DNA of 64,000 nucleotides, from positions 1,782,672 to 1,846,671 of the forward strand of contig NW_003314268.1 in NCBI RefSeq assembly GCF_000143415.4, in the 5' to 3' direction. Below the pieces are notes generated by a model. The model did not search any database, was not told the DNA's origin, and worked only from the letters and a program-made list of their open reading frames with translations. Below, one piece after another: positions 12,809 through 25,575 of this stretch (the stretch's first letter is position 1; every line of letters starts with the position of its first letter). The stretch is from Selaginella moellendorffii. Taxonomy: Eukaryota > Plantae > Lycopodiophyta. Position numbers and translations under genes: made by a program.

Positions 12809-14545
12809 TTACATTGGACGCCTGGGGACCGGGCATGCTCTCAAAGGCTTGGCCATCTCAGCGGAGAGCTTGAGGACTTCCTGTAGCTCCACGGGATGGT
12901 CGGTGCAGGCCAGCCACTCGAACTTCTGCAGCAGCCGGGCAACCCACAGGTGCACAGTGGCGAGGCCAAGTGCTCGTCCGGGACAAACACGCCGCCCAGA
13001 ACCGAATGGCGCTAGGCGGAGATCGCTCCCTTTGACATCCATGTCGGCTCCGCCGGCTCCGGCCATGAACCTCTCGGGCAAGAAGCGGTGGGGCTGAGTC
13101 CAGATGGTGGAGTCATGCGTTATGGCCCACATGTTCACCATGGCGTTGGTACCTTTGGGAACATGATGGCCGCCGGCGATGGTGGTGTCTTGCGTACAGA
13201 GGCGAGACCACGACAACAGGGGGCCTGGGGGGTGAAGCCTCAGCGTCTCCTTGACCACTGCTTGCAAGTAAGTCAACCTGTGAACATGGTCGTCCCTTAC
13301 GTCCTCGGCGCCAAGAGTAGCATCCAATTCAAGGTGGAGCTTGCGCTGGATGTCTGGATGCACAACGAGCTCGGCTAGCACCCATTCGGTCAGGATGGCA
13401 GTGGTGTCCGTCCCCCTGAAGATCATCTCCTGCATCAACAGCGTGCAAAAAAGGAAGTCAACGGCATGGCCACCTTGATGACAAACAGAACTGTTTGCAT
13501 TGTAGGCTTAGATCGCTCGCTCACTTACCCACAACACCGCAACAATGTCGTCGTCCTGGAGCTCGTCTTCCCCTTGAAGAGCGAGTAGAACATCCACAAA
13601 GTCGTCGCTCCGCATTCCCGCGTTGCCCGTGGCTGCTGCCAGCCTGTGCTGCCTGATGATGCCGCCGACAAACGCCGACACTCGAGCAGCGAGAACTCGG
13701 GAGCGCCGCTGAATGGCCTGCGCGTCCAGGTGCTTGAGCAACGGGATGTGATCCGCCCAATTCACGGCCCCGAGAAGGTCAAAGCCTTCGCGAACCATGC
13801 TGACCAGCTCCTCCTCTTGTTCTTTGTTGGACGACCGCCACCCAAACACGCTCCTCATCATCGTCCTCACCGACGTTTGCTGCAGGATGCAGCGGAGAGG
13901 CAGCGGATCCTGCTGCCCCTGCCGGCGGATCGCCCCCAGCATCGCCTCGCTCTCCTGGAGCCGTATGTGCTCCTGCGCCGCCATTCGCCTGGGCGAGAAG
14001 AGGCTGTGCGCGGCAATCCTTCGCAGCCGCCTCCAGTGTTCGCCCTGCGGCGCGAATCCGATGGCCCTCCCAAACATGAGCTCCTGAGCCGACTGCTTGA
14101 TAGGCCGATCGCCAAAGCAGGGACTGCTCAGTATCTCTCGCGCCGCCTCGGGCTTGCTGGCCACCACCAGCCTGGTGCTCCCCAGCTGCAAGGCCATGAG
14201 CCCCGCGCTGGGATTCAAGGCTGCAGCCAGCTCCGCCAGCCATCTGTGTGGCTGCCCCGCGGCACGGCCGAATTCCACCAGGTTGCCCACCACGGGCATT
14301 CCTGCCGGCCCCGGAATGGTGCTGCTCCATGATCTCTTGCAGCCAGGGAGCCTGTTGCACCACACCTTGGCTGACAAGGCCAGCAAGCAGAGCAGGAGGA
14401 TCGTCAGCAATAGCATCCGTGACGATCTTACCATGCCGGCAGCGAGCTGGAGCATGACATGAAACAAATCTTGATTGCGCTCTCGGCTCGCCAGCACTTG
14501 CAACAGCGGCAGCACTTGGAGCCAGATCCCATGACCGCACTCCAT
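12809..14545 (-). CDS. CYP78A: Cytochrome P450 CYP78A (KLUH-like), 2 exons
   Basis: [49 protein letters not shown] heme motif. Confidence 0.95.
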
Positions 14546-14828
14546 TGATCTAGATCACCAGTCACTAATTCTTTTCTGCTCTCGGCCGAGACTAGCTACA
14601 AGCATATACTCGCTCGATCACAAAGACCCGGCTCAAGCCTTGGCTGGTATTTATAATCGCAGGATAACGGCGTCTGGATTGATCACTATAACATGGCAGT
14701 CAAGTGATCATGTAGCTTTGCTTGCACAAAGGATAGATTATATGGCACAGCGCAGGGAAAAGTATGCGTTCATCCTGGGAAAAGTGGTGTTTTGGAAACT
14801 CCCACTTAAAATCTATCTCCGAGGCTCC

Positions 14829-15660
14829 TGGGCTTCCACGTTAAACCCTGTGGCAATGGATCACGTTTCAAGAGTTCCGTCAACCTCCCTTTTGTTGGTC
14901 ACGGTCAAGTTTTTCAATGCGTTGGCCAACTTGACAACACTCCTGCCAAGATCGCCAAAGGATCCGCCTTGTTTGTTTAGGCGCTGCCGCTCTTGTCCGT
15001 CATGGCTTGCAACCCCCAGTTGGCGTGTCCATTCAAGCCATGGATCCAGGCTGAGTGACGCCCGTCTCCAAACCAAATTTTCTATCCTGGCCGGGAATTG
15101 AAAACTCTCTGACATGCTGCTTTCCAAGATTGGGCAATCATTGACAGGAATATATTGGAGCACTCCAATCCAATCGGGTTGCTGGAGGGAGATGACTTCT
15201 CTCCAATCACAACCTTGGCATGTGTTGTTGGGTGTGGTGCCCCACAGAAAAACAACCAAACTCCAGAGCTCAAGGCGGCGTGCAGCGGGAAATCCACCTC
15301 TTTCGACCATGCTGCACAGTGCTATTATGCTACGCTTATTTGCACCTCAATCGCAATCACGCCACACTTGCTCGATCGCTCATGCTTGCTCCTCCCGAGG
15401 CTGGGTAACATGACAAGCAAGGAGGAAAGAAAAAAGAAATGAAACCGCTGACTTGGTCTACGACGGGCCTTGGTTGACTGGTCAGCACGGCTTTAGGGCT
15501 CTAAGGAGCATGTTCAAGGGGCGAATGCCGTTGGCCGATGCAAGCGAGGTGACCCAATCAAGGTGGTGGAATTCTGAAATTTCCATGACTGCAGGTGCTG
15601 GGCTAGCAATCAGGGAGCCTGGCAGTCGGGCTGCTCAACAGGCCCAACAAGTGAATGAGA
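14829..15660. repeat. Dispersed duplicate of 22826-23630 with an inverted ~590-bp core
   Basis: Flanks match in direct orientation; 14869-15457 is the reverse complement of 22852-23392. Confidence 0.92.
15490..15660 (+). pseudogene. Fragment of exons 1-2 of the 3-hydroxyisobutyryl-CoA hydrolase gene
   Basis: [30 protein letters not shown] matches the 23430 gene; first ATG deleted, in-frame stop, truncated. Confidence 0.85.
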
Positions 15661-17149
15661 CCTAAAGCATACCGGATCCGTGTATGGACGCCTCGATCCT
15701 CAAACTGAAACCCTCTGTGAAAGCTCTCATCCACTGTTTTCCCCATGGTAAGTGTACTGAAACTCACAAACCATGATCGTTACGCTGGATCCGAGGGGTG
15801 GGGTCCATATAAGTCGAACTGGAAGTCCTTGGAGTGTCCGGTCCCCGGGATGGCTTCTTGTAGTCAAAGCGTACCTTGGTTGCTCAGTTCAGGAGCTTAC
15901 CGGTATGAATATTTTCGATCTGGTTGCCGTTTTTGAGCTCATACTCTTATTGTTCCTGCGGCCAAAAAGTGACCTGGCCATTATATTTTCACATGATGCT
16001 GATTATCAACCGCCAAACCAATAGCGTTTGAAAGTGAAACTGGACCATGACAACCATGATTCGACTGGCCTGGCAAGTAAGGAAATCCTTCTGCAACAAT
16101 GCACTGAAACTCATTGGCGAACTGTAGCGTCTCTCCATAAAGAAGATATTCGACATGCTTTTTTCTGGACTTGACAACCTGATCGAAGAAAGTTAGAAAG
16201 CTCAGAAGCCTGCTTTGATTCAGTACCTTCCCCTCAAAGCTCTTTTCCCAGCGGTCCTGAAGGAAACGATTATGTACGCGAATAACCTTCAGAACACGAA
16301 CACCAATGACACCAAACGGAGAATAGTCAAGCAGGGAGAATCTCGAGGTGACTAAATTGTCACAGTTTTTGAACCAGACATCCTTCGGATTCCGATTTTC
16401 ATACGAATGTTGCCACCTAAGGAAACAGAGCGGTGTTACTTGCCGAAATTATGTGCCACTCCCACATGAACCAGACACAGAAGCACAAACCTGTGTCGAG
16501 TTCCACTTCAGCCAATGTATTACCCGATCAACAACAGCCTTTTCCTTCGCCTTCACGATATGCATATCCTCTCTTAGGGTGTCCAGCCTGCCCATCATAT
16601 CTGGTTTTCGAGAGTCGTAACCATGGACTTCATCTGTAGCCACCGATCCTACCTTTTGGACTGCTCAATCCCCACAAACGATGAGAAAGTTCAAGCCTGC
16701 AGAGATTAACTAGGATAAAGCTGAAAAGAATGCACTTCTCAACTTTATCCCCTTCTTGCATTCTATTATAATGCCGATTACCAGCAGTGCAAATCTAAGC
16801 ACAAAGAACAATGTTCTTAATGAAGAGAAAGAAGAAGACGTCATTCCTGTGAAGGGTAAAAGTCCACAAGATGCCAATTCACCCACTGTCACAGCTGCTT
16901 ATATGCCCTAGCCTAAGAGAAGTCTTACCTTGTCCTCGCTGCTCCTCCACTCCCATGCTTTCACCCTATAAGAAAACTTACATTTAGTTAAAGGAATGGA
17001 AAATGCTAAAAATTTAAAATTATTTTAACAGCTGGTATGAAGAAAATTTTAATGCATTTAAATTACTCCTAATAACTCTTAATTAAAAGAGGTCGGTGTC
17101 TAAAAGTGCATTTTAGGACCTATATTAGGAACTACTCTGACATCCTGGA

Positions 17150-19160
17150 ATGACGGCTTTAAGGTACTTCTGTTTGATTTAATCAATTTGACAAAGCTTT
17201 TGCCCGCAGTGGGATCCTTCGCTCCGTGCATTCAGATTATTGAAGGTCTGTCCTGATGAGTATTTTTCTTTGCCCTTTTTTGGATTAATGTTTTTCTCGT
17301 CAACCCAGCTTCTCGCGGATGACTTTACGTTTCATGTGTTTGACCGGTCTTTTATCACTTTTGATGAGCTACTCCGACACAGTAAGTCAATTGGATGAAT
17401 GCCAGCTTTTTATTTGTGTTTTTGAAGCAGGCACTACAAATGCTGAAATTGCCACAACCGTCCTTCGTTTTCTCCTGCATGCATGTTCGGTTGTTTACTA
17501 TGACTTAACATCTGCGGCTTTTGATGTGCTAAATGGGTTCTGCGAGAAGCTTGCATATCGCTTCTCGAATCAGGTTCGGATTTACTAGTGGTATGAGCTT
17601 AACACTTAGTGACTTGTGCACAGCAACTATGGAGAGCTTACACGTTGTCTCTGATGGTGGGTTTGTGAACACACTTAACTGTTTTTCGCTTACATGTGTG
17701 ATGTAGGCCCTTGCTGCCCGTCTTCCCGGTGCCTCGGAAAGGCTAGCTAATCTTCGAAACCTAAATTCTGGGATGCAGCTGGCGGAAACTGGTAAGGGAC
17801 TTTCCAATCATTAGCACTCAGCACTTCTGCTTCAGTCACCTGCAGGTCAAGCATGTTTCGAGGTCTACCTGCGGAGTGCAGTCAGCTTGTTCACAGTGGT
17901 TTGGCCTTCCAAGGTACGCGTTTCTGTTTATGCAGACCACTAGCGTTACTAATCACATACATACAATTTTCAGTGTCTGTGGATGTTGAGAAGTTGGACA
18001 AGTCAATCAAACTTAGGGATGTTATAGAACTCGCGAATGGCCCAATCAACATGTTCTTTATGCCGCACACTTCCCGGTGCGTTGAATACCTGGACAGGAG
18101 TCTTCGTCTCATTTGCGAAGCGCTAAAGAGATGTGAACGTACAAGCTTCGACCACGCCCTCTTCGGCGTAAGTTTTTTCTTTTTTGGTCCTTTCCCTCTC
18201 TTTTCTTAAGGAAAAACTGTGATAAACAGAGGCTTGTGGTCGTGTTCGGTCTAGAAGATCGCATCATTCCAGTGGCATTGTCGTCTTTAGCTCGGACATT
18301 GTTCATCGAGGTTGGTATTTAAGAGAATGATATATGACAGGATATGAATCGTTGTTTGCTTGTGCAGCTTCTAAAGGATCTCTCCTTCAGTGGCGTCATA
18401 GATGTCTTCGGAAGGCTCATCCCGCAAATGGAGACATCTGCAAAGGTACGTGTTGCGCTCGTTTTCGACTGCAGGCTTATGTACGTGTATTTTGCAGCTT
18501 TGTCTTCTACTGACTCTCTTTCGGGAATTTATACGTCTAAAATGGCCAGGCACAGCAAATGATGTAGATCCTGCAGCATTCAAGGAACTCCGGGGTCTCC
18601 TCAACTGGATGTTCACTTCCGGGGCTCTTCAGTTTAATCCAACTGATAGTGAGGAAGACGATAAGAATCGTCCAAGAGGTTTTTTGGAGCAGCTGGAAAC
18701 GGTGAGGATTTATATTTTGCTGTGAAACTATTTCGTGTCTAACTCGAGGAATCTCAGGTAGAAGTCGGTGTGAATGTCTACCTGCTTATTGTGTGGCTGG
18801 AAGTGAAGGGTGGGACTGATTATTGCAGCTTGCTTGCCACTAGTGAGCAAGTACGCAACTCATGGTTGAAACCTTTGCTGGAGCAAGAAGTCGAGATCAC
18901 AGAACCGCTCTTTAACAATTACCTTACGGTGGCACGATCGGTAATAGAGTATGCTTTGCTCGTAAACAGCGACCCTCAGATCGTCATAGAGGAAGGCCTC
19001 CTACCCTGCTAATGATTCTGTGCACTCACGGAAGAAACAGAGGTGATAAATAAATATTTATTTATCACCGGAAAATATTTGCTGTTTATATATCAGGCTC
19101 ATTTGTTGATTCGGACTCTCTGTGATGCTTGCAGAAACTATTCAGCTTGTTATGGCATCC
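17150..19160 (+). pseudogene. Degenerate multi-exon gene of unknown family
   Basis: Series of short exon-like blocks flanked by GT/AG (e.g. LFREFIRLKWPG, VGVNVYLLIVWLEVKGG) with stops and frameshifts; family not recognised. Confidence 0.45.
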
Positions 19161-19177
19161 AAAAAAAAAAAAAGCGT

Positions 19178-20230
19178 TTAGCTCCAATCTCCACCTAAAC
19201 TTGCGCTGAAGTAAGTTCCTGCACGAGGCCACGACATTAAAACTGTGGAACTTTGGAACTTTCTAAGAGGGCTTAGAAAGCAGCCTTTAAGTAGACCCCT
19301 GTCCCGCTTACAAGTTAATGTAGAAACATAGAACAGACACTCCATTAATGTTGGAGATGCTCGCAGGTGCCCCCAAAACGTGGTCATGATATGGGATCCC
19401 ATCCGAGACGTGATATACGTCTCCATTCCCAGAAACCAAGTGATGTCAATATGCCAATATCAAGATCATTGTCTACCAACAGAGTTGGGAGAATACGTTC
19501 TTGTTCCCAATAGCATCCTTTTGAGTTGGGAAGGGCGAGACTGATTTTCGAAAATGCGTACTCGTAAGCACCTGTTATACGATTTTAAAGACAGCTAATC
19601 AGAACACCTGATAGAACACCTGAGGCCGAGTTGAAAAACACGACGTACGAAGATGTATCTAGCCACTCACTGCTCAATCGCAGGGACCAGAAAAATATTT
19701 TATGATCGCTCCAATTTTCCTTCAGTGTATCCTCGGTCATCATATAATTGATTGGATCAAGCAAGCCCATAAAAAGCCTAGAATCAGGACAAAAACAAGT
19801 GAAACAATTACATTTGACACAAGAAAGCAATTACCTCTGAAAATCCGCTTCACATGAAGCGACAAGCCTGGTTACGAGAATGAGGCTCATGCATGAACCG
19901 AGGCTCGATTTCCCATTGAGATCCCCATCGCTCCATAGCGTGGGACACCTCCTTCTCAAAGCCACGCCACTTCTTAATATTTTTCTTCTGTGGCAGTGTA
20001 TGATATGCATGAAGATTGCTCGATCCCGACATTTCTGTTGCTAGAAGTGGTGCATATGGATGCGATTTGAGGAGTTGCATTCGAGGAATTTTGCAACCGT
20101 TGAGATGTTGTTCCAGTTTGTTATACGCCCACTGCAGCACCTGCAACATTTTTCAAAATAAGTATTCACAAAGATTTCTCTGTTTTCCTTCTTACATTGT
20201 TGTTGCTGCTGCTGGGTACCCGTGATCATC
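19178..20230 (-). pseudogene. Possible degenerate coding remnant, family unknown
   Basis: Chain of interrupted minus-strand ORFs (19178-19426, 19585-19830, 19850-20149) with a splice-like junction near 19770-19835. Confidence 0.3.
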
Positions 20231-20589
20231 ACGACGGACGAATGCAAACCCTAGTTTTAAAACACGGGGCGTTTCGGAATAGGGCAAAGCAAGAGCGATG
20301 GAGAGGAACTGACAGGAGCTGGTTGCTAAGGCCGTGAACTGGGAGGATTTACATTATTCTTCACGGCCAAATCTGAATGTGGATATATGGCCACGGTATC
20401 GGAGTCGCTGCACAACTCATCGGATCGAGGCTTTCCAGTAGCTTTCTGCGAGGTTTCTGTAGATGATAGCTTACGAGTCCAACATGTCTCTGAACCTCGT
20501 ATTTGAGGCATCACACAGAAGAACCAACAGAGTATTTTGTAGAAGTATTGAGTCTGTGTGTGTTTTCTTATCTTTCGTAGATAACAGGC

Positions 20590-22820
20590 TTCCGCAGACA
20601 CCTACATATGGGAGACAACCAAGAGTTGGCTCCATACACAACAAAAACAGTCTAATTCGATCATGGCTACCAAGGAGAAAGCCTCCACGAGTCAGGTTCG
20701 ACGATTGCCACTGTCGACATGAGTCTGGAGATAATCAACGATATCGGGCTGGATGGTCTGACCTTCCTCATCGCCATAGTCCTGCTGTCAAAGCTTTCAG
20801 TCTTGTAAATGTTGAAAGTTATCTGATGAGATTTTGCAAGCTTCTGTTCATGTGTTTCAGATTCTGGGATTTCTCTTGTCTGGCGTACTTGAATCAACTA
20901 GGATTGATACGTAACGTAACAGACATTAAAGTTTTATCTGAACTAGGTATACTTTTCCTTGTCGCTTGTGTTTGTGCCTGAATGCTAAATGTTTCTCGCT
21001 GCAACAGTTGTTTGAAATGGGTTTAGAATTATCCCTTGCACGCTTGAAAGCTTTGGCCAAATATGCGTTTGGAATGGGATTCGAGCCGGTAAGTGAATTT
21101 AAGAACAATGCCAATTGTCACTCATTGTTTATGTCAGGTACTTTTTTCAACTGTTGCCTTCACAGCGTTTGAGCTTCCACCTAATGGAGCTTTGGAAAAT
21201 CTTGGAATTTTTCTTTCAGTCACGACCTGACCTTGTAAGTATATTTGAATAATGTTTTGCTACTTGACAATCTATTCTCTCGCTTGCAGGTTAATATTCG
21301 GACTGTAAATGAAGCTGTAGTTATTGGAGCAGGACTATCATTGTCCTCTTCTGCATTCGTTTTGCAGGTAATCATCTCACTAGTTTTCAACTTGATGTAA
21401 ATTGTTGAGTGGAAACTTCCAACTCGATTTGGTTCTGCAACGCTAGGAATTCTTCTTTTCCATCTGAAGCTTTCGTTGCTTTATGTTTACTTACGGTCAC
21501 TGGCACATCTCTCTTGACTCAAAAGCTTGGACTCAGTGATACCAGAAGTTACTTGCGTTCTCACTTAGCAGCAGCTTTTTTTCACTATTATTTGCCTTCT
21601 CGTTCAAGTTTGGAGCATTTTTGGCTGGCGCTCTTATGGCTATCGCACCCAAATTGAAGCAGATATTTAGAGGATTGCTCCTTGGACTTTTTTTTTGTAA
21701 CCACCGGCATTGACCTCCAGGTTAGCTGAATTTTGGTGATGTGGTTGATATATCTGATTTTTGGTTCATGCTATAGCGTTTGATACGTGAATGGCCGAAT
21801 GTTTTGACACCCTTAGGAGGTTTGATGGCTCTGATCACGACAGTTATTGGCCAGGGAGTGGGTCTGACGCTACCGGAAAGTATTTGCACTGGTTTCCTTC
21901 TTTTTCAAGGTGGAGAGTTTGCCTTTGTGGTATTTGCACTTGCTAACAGGTACTGAAGCTTTCTTCATCTTACGTACTTAACAATCTGAATCTCTTTGGG
22001 CTTGGAGTTCTACCACTGGAACTATTATTGTCGTTGTTTTGTCTATGGCTGTCACTCCCTTCTTGAATGAGATTGGTCGCATTGTTGCAACTTCTCTGGA
22101 AGAGAAACGACAACACAACGAAATAGTAAGCCTGTTCCGTTTGTCATCTGTTGATTTTTATGATTACCTGCCGCAGATAAAAGAGATCAAGATTCCTCAA
22201 TTTGCCGAACCGGTTGTAATTGTCGGCTTTGGGCAGACTGGCCAGGTTTCTGCAATAAATAGTTTTGTCTATCTTATCAGGCTCATGAACTGTGTTTCGT
22301 ATTTATATTTGATTCTCCAGGTTCTGGCTAATTTTCTAGCCACTCCGTTATCCAATGGTCCGGGTGGCGAAGTTGAAGGCTGGCCATATATTGCCTTTGA
22401 TCTTGATTATAGCCGTGTCAAGGCAAGCCAATCACTTTTAGACAAGTTCTCTGCTGTAACTTCTTTGCATTTTGCTGCAGGCATCTAGACAGTTGGGCTT
22501 CCCTGTGATATGGATCTAGGCCTCTGGTACTTCAAGCGTGAAAAAAGCCAATGCAGTGATGGTGACGTACACTATCAGGAAAAGAGAGTTGAGCGGTTGA
22601 GACTGGCATTTCCGCGGTTTTCGTTTATATTATCTTAGAACAGGATTCTATCATAAATGTGTATATTGCTGCACAGACTCCTATATATGCAAGAGCTCAG
22701 GACTTGGGACACTTGCGCCAGCTGAAAGCGGCTGGTGCAACGGATGCTATTCTGGAAACTGCCGAGGTATCATTCTAATCGTGATCGGTTATGAATTTGC
22801 AGACAAGCGTGGAGCTTGGT
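20590..22820 (+). pseudogene. KEA3: K+ efflux antiporter KEA3-like pseudogene (thylakoid CPA2 family)
   Basis: IKVLSELGILFL/LFEMGLELSLARLKALAKYAFGMG, FELPPNG, SLSSSAFVLQ, QGGEFAFVVF, GFGQTGQVLANFL, PIYARAQDLGHL..LKAAGATDAILE; many small deletions and frameshifts, missing exons, truncated at ~22820. Confidence 0.88.
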
Positions 22821-23429
22821 TCTGTTGGGCTTCCATGTTAAACCCTGTGGCACCAAGTCAGCGGTTTCATTTCTTTTTTCTTTCCTCATGTTACCCAGCC
22901 TCGGGAGGAGCGAGCATGAGCGATCGAGCAAGTGTGGCGTGATTGCAATTGAAGTGCAAATAAGCCTAGCATAATAGCATTGTGCTAGGTCGAAAGAGGT
23001 GGATTTCCCGCTCCACGCCGCCTTGAGCTCTGGAGTTTGGTTGTTTTTCTGTGGGGCACCACACCCAACAACACATGCCAAGGTTGTGATCGGAGAGAAG
23101 TAATCTCCCTCCAGCAACCCGATTGGATTGGAGTGCTCCAAGATATTCCTTTCAATGATTGCCCAATCTTGGAAGGTGAGTTTTCAATTCCCGGCCAGGA
23201 TAGTTGGAGACGTGGATCCATGGCTTAAATGGACACGCCAACTGGGGGTTGCAAGCCATGACGGACAAGAGCGGCAGCGCCTAAACAAACAAGGCGGATC
23301 CTTTGGCGATCTTGGCAGGAGTGTTGTCAAGTTGGCCAACGCATTGAAAAACTTGACCGTGACCAACAAAAGGGAGGTTGACGGAACTCTTGCCTTGGTT
23401 GACTGGTCAGCACGGCTTTAGGGCTCTAG

Positions 23430-25337
23430 ATGTTGAGGCGTCTTGCGCCTAGGAGCATGTTCAAGGGGCGAATGCCGTCCTCCAGCGCGGCCGATGCAAG
23501 CGAGGTGATCCAATCAAGGTGGTGGAATTCTGAAATTTCCTTGACTGCAGGTGCTGGGCGAGCAATCAGGGAGCGTGGCAGTCGGGCTGCTCAACAGGCC
23601 CAACAAGCTCAACTTGTTGAATGAGAACATGGTGGGCTTACTCATCTTCAACACACTCACGTCAGTGGCCTACTGTGTGCAGATCGTCCGCCTTCAAGAA
23701 CTCTACCAGAGGTGGGAAGCCGACAGCAACGTTGTCGCAGTCATCCTGAAGGTTGAGCTCGAGAGCTTGTCTTGTTCACCACCGCTAGTCTAAATTTCTT
23801 GTGCAGGGCAATGGGAGGGCTTTCTGCGCCGGCGGTGATGTTGCAAGTGTTTGTGAACTTGGTCGTCAGGGTAACCTACGTCTCCCTCGCTTGCATGACA
23901 ATCTCATGGTGCTCACTTCTACAGGTCGCCAACACCAGGCCAGTGGATTCTTTTACAAGGAATACGTACTCAACTATTACCTTGCGACATTCAAGAAGCC
24001 GCATGTAAGGAACAACAAGCCTGACGTTGTGGTGAGTGCGCAGCTCGCTTTTTGACAAGTCTGTCATGGTATAGGTGGCCTTTCTCAACGGGGTCGTCAT
24101 GGGTGGCGGGAATGGCGTCTCCGTTCATGGCAAGTATCGCGTTGCCACAGAGAAAACTGTAAGTAGCTGTCTGGCACAGACGATGGGAGCCACATCTGAT
24201 CCAGTTTGCAGCTGTTTGCTATGCCGGAGACTGCCCTCGGACTGCATCCCGACGTTGGAGCATCGTATTTTCTGTCTCGTTTGGATGGGCATTTGGGTGA
24301 GTTGTATCGATCGACTTCAAAAGCTTGTTTGATAGAGTTGCCGAGTCAAAGGGGAGTATCTGGGGTTGACGGGCGAGCGTCTTGATGGAGCTGACATGCT
24401 CAACATTGGGCTCGCAACACATTATGTGCCGTCGGAGGTGAGCTTTTTATTTTTCGGTTGTGCTCGCTCTCTAATACCTTGTCGTTTGTTGCAGCGGCTA
24501 GCATCTCTAGAAAGCGAGCTGCGCAGTGTGTCCTCGCCAGAGAGCGTGGAAGAAACACTCGGGAAATTCTCGGGCAGGCCGCCGGTGCAGGGAAAGAGCT
24601 GCTTGCACAGGTTTGCACTTGTCGTCAAGTTCCTAGAGTGATCACTAAATGAGCACGGGTGGTAGGCTGCAGGTGATCAATGCTTGCTTCTCGGGAGACA
24701 CGGTGGAAGGCATTCTACATGCATTGGTAGGGGCACAAGGTTTGGTTTTGTGTAATGTGAGCTGAAATGCTGCCTGAAGGAAAGGGAGCGGGGCGACGGC
24801 GACGATGAGTGGCTGGACAAGGCCACGAGCAAGCTCAAGGGAGCATCTCCGACGAGCCTCAAGATCACCCTGGCATCGGTATGTTGTAATCACTGCTCAC
24901 ACACTCACCCAAAGGTTGTCTTGTGCTTCAGATTCGTAGAGGCAGGCAGGAGTCCCTCGCCGAGTGCCTGGCAAGGGAGTACCGCATGAGCTTCCGTGCG
25001 GTGTCGGCAAAGTACTCGGGAGACTTTTACGAGGTGATGCTTCTTGGCATGTCTCCATTGGATTGAGACCGGTTTTGAGATTGTGCAGGGGTGCCGGGCG
25101 ATCCTGATAGACAAGGACAACCGGCCGCGGGTAAGCAGTTTGCATGCACGACCAGCCGCCGTGGTTTTGACGGTGTGTGTGTGTGTGTGTGTGCAGTGGG
25201 ATCCCAGCAAGCTCGAGGGCGTGTCGCGCGAGGTGGTGGAGGGCTATTTTGCGGCGCTGGGCGACGGGGAAGGGGGGGAGCTGCAGCTGCCGGTTGGCGA
25301 GCGGGGCGCGGGAGCTCGGTCTCGTGCTCGGATTTGA
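23430..25337 (+). CDS. 3-hydroxyisobutyryl-CoA hydrolase (CHY1-like crotonase), many short exons
   Basis: [81 protein letters not shown]; ends SRARI*. Confidence 0.94.
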
Positions 25338-25479
25338 TGAGAATGGGACGCCACGTAAGACTCCCCGCATGTATAAAAAGGAGGCGTGGGCATGGCTATG
25401 GGGGTTTGCCCTATCTTTGTACTTGGGCTCTGCTCAAGTCACCAAATTCGATCTTCGCTTCCAGGAGGTATGTGGAGGC

Positions 25480-25487
25480 TAGGGTTT
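25480..25487 (-). promoter_or_regulatory. Telo-box (AAACCCTA) in the eIF4A 5' leader/intron
   Basis: TAGGGTTT; typical of plant translation-machinery genes; TATAAAA at 25372-25378. Confidence 0.55.
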
Positions 25488-25575
25488 TAGGGCATCCCCA
25501 ATGCCGCAGTGCTAGGATCCATCAGGGTTTCTATCCCCGCGTCTCTCTTTTCTTTGACTGCAGGTATTGCAGATA

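Noticed and set aside
13646-14540. Long antisense/alternative-frame ORFs over CYP78A, eIF4A, PPR and ATPG
   Set aside because: Shadow ORFs of GC-rich coding sequence with no recognisable motifs
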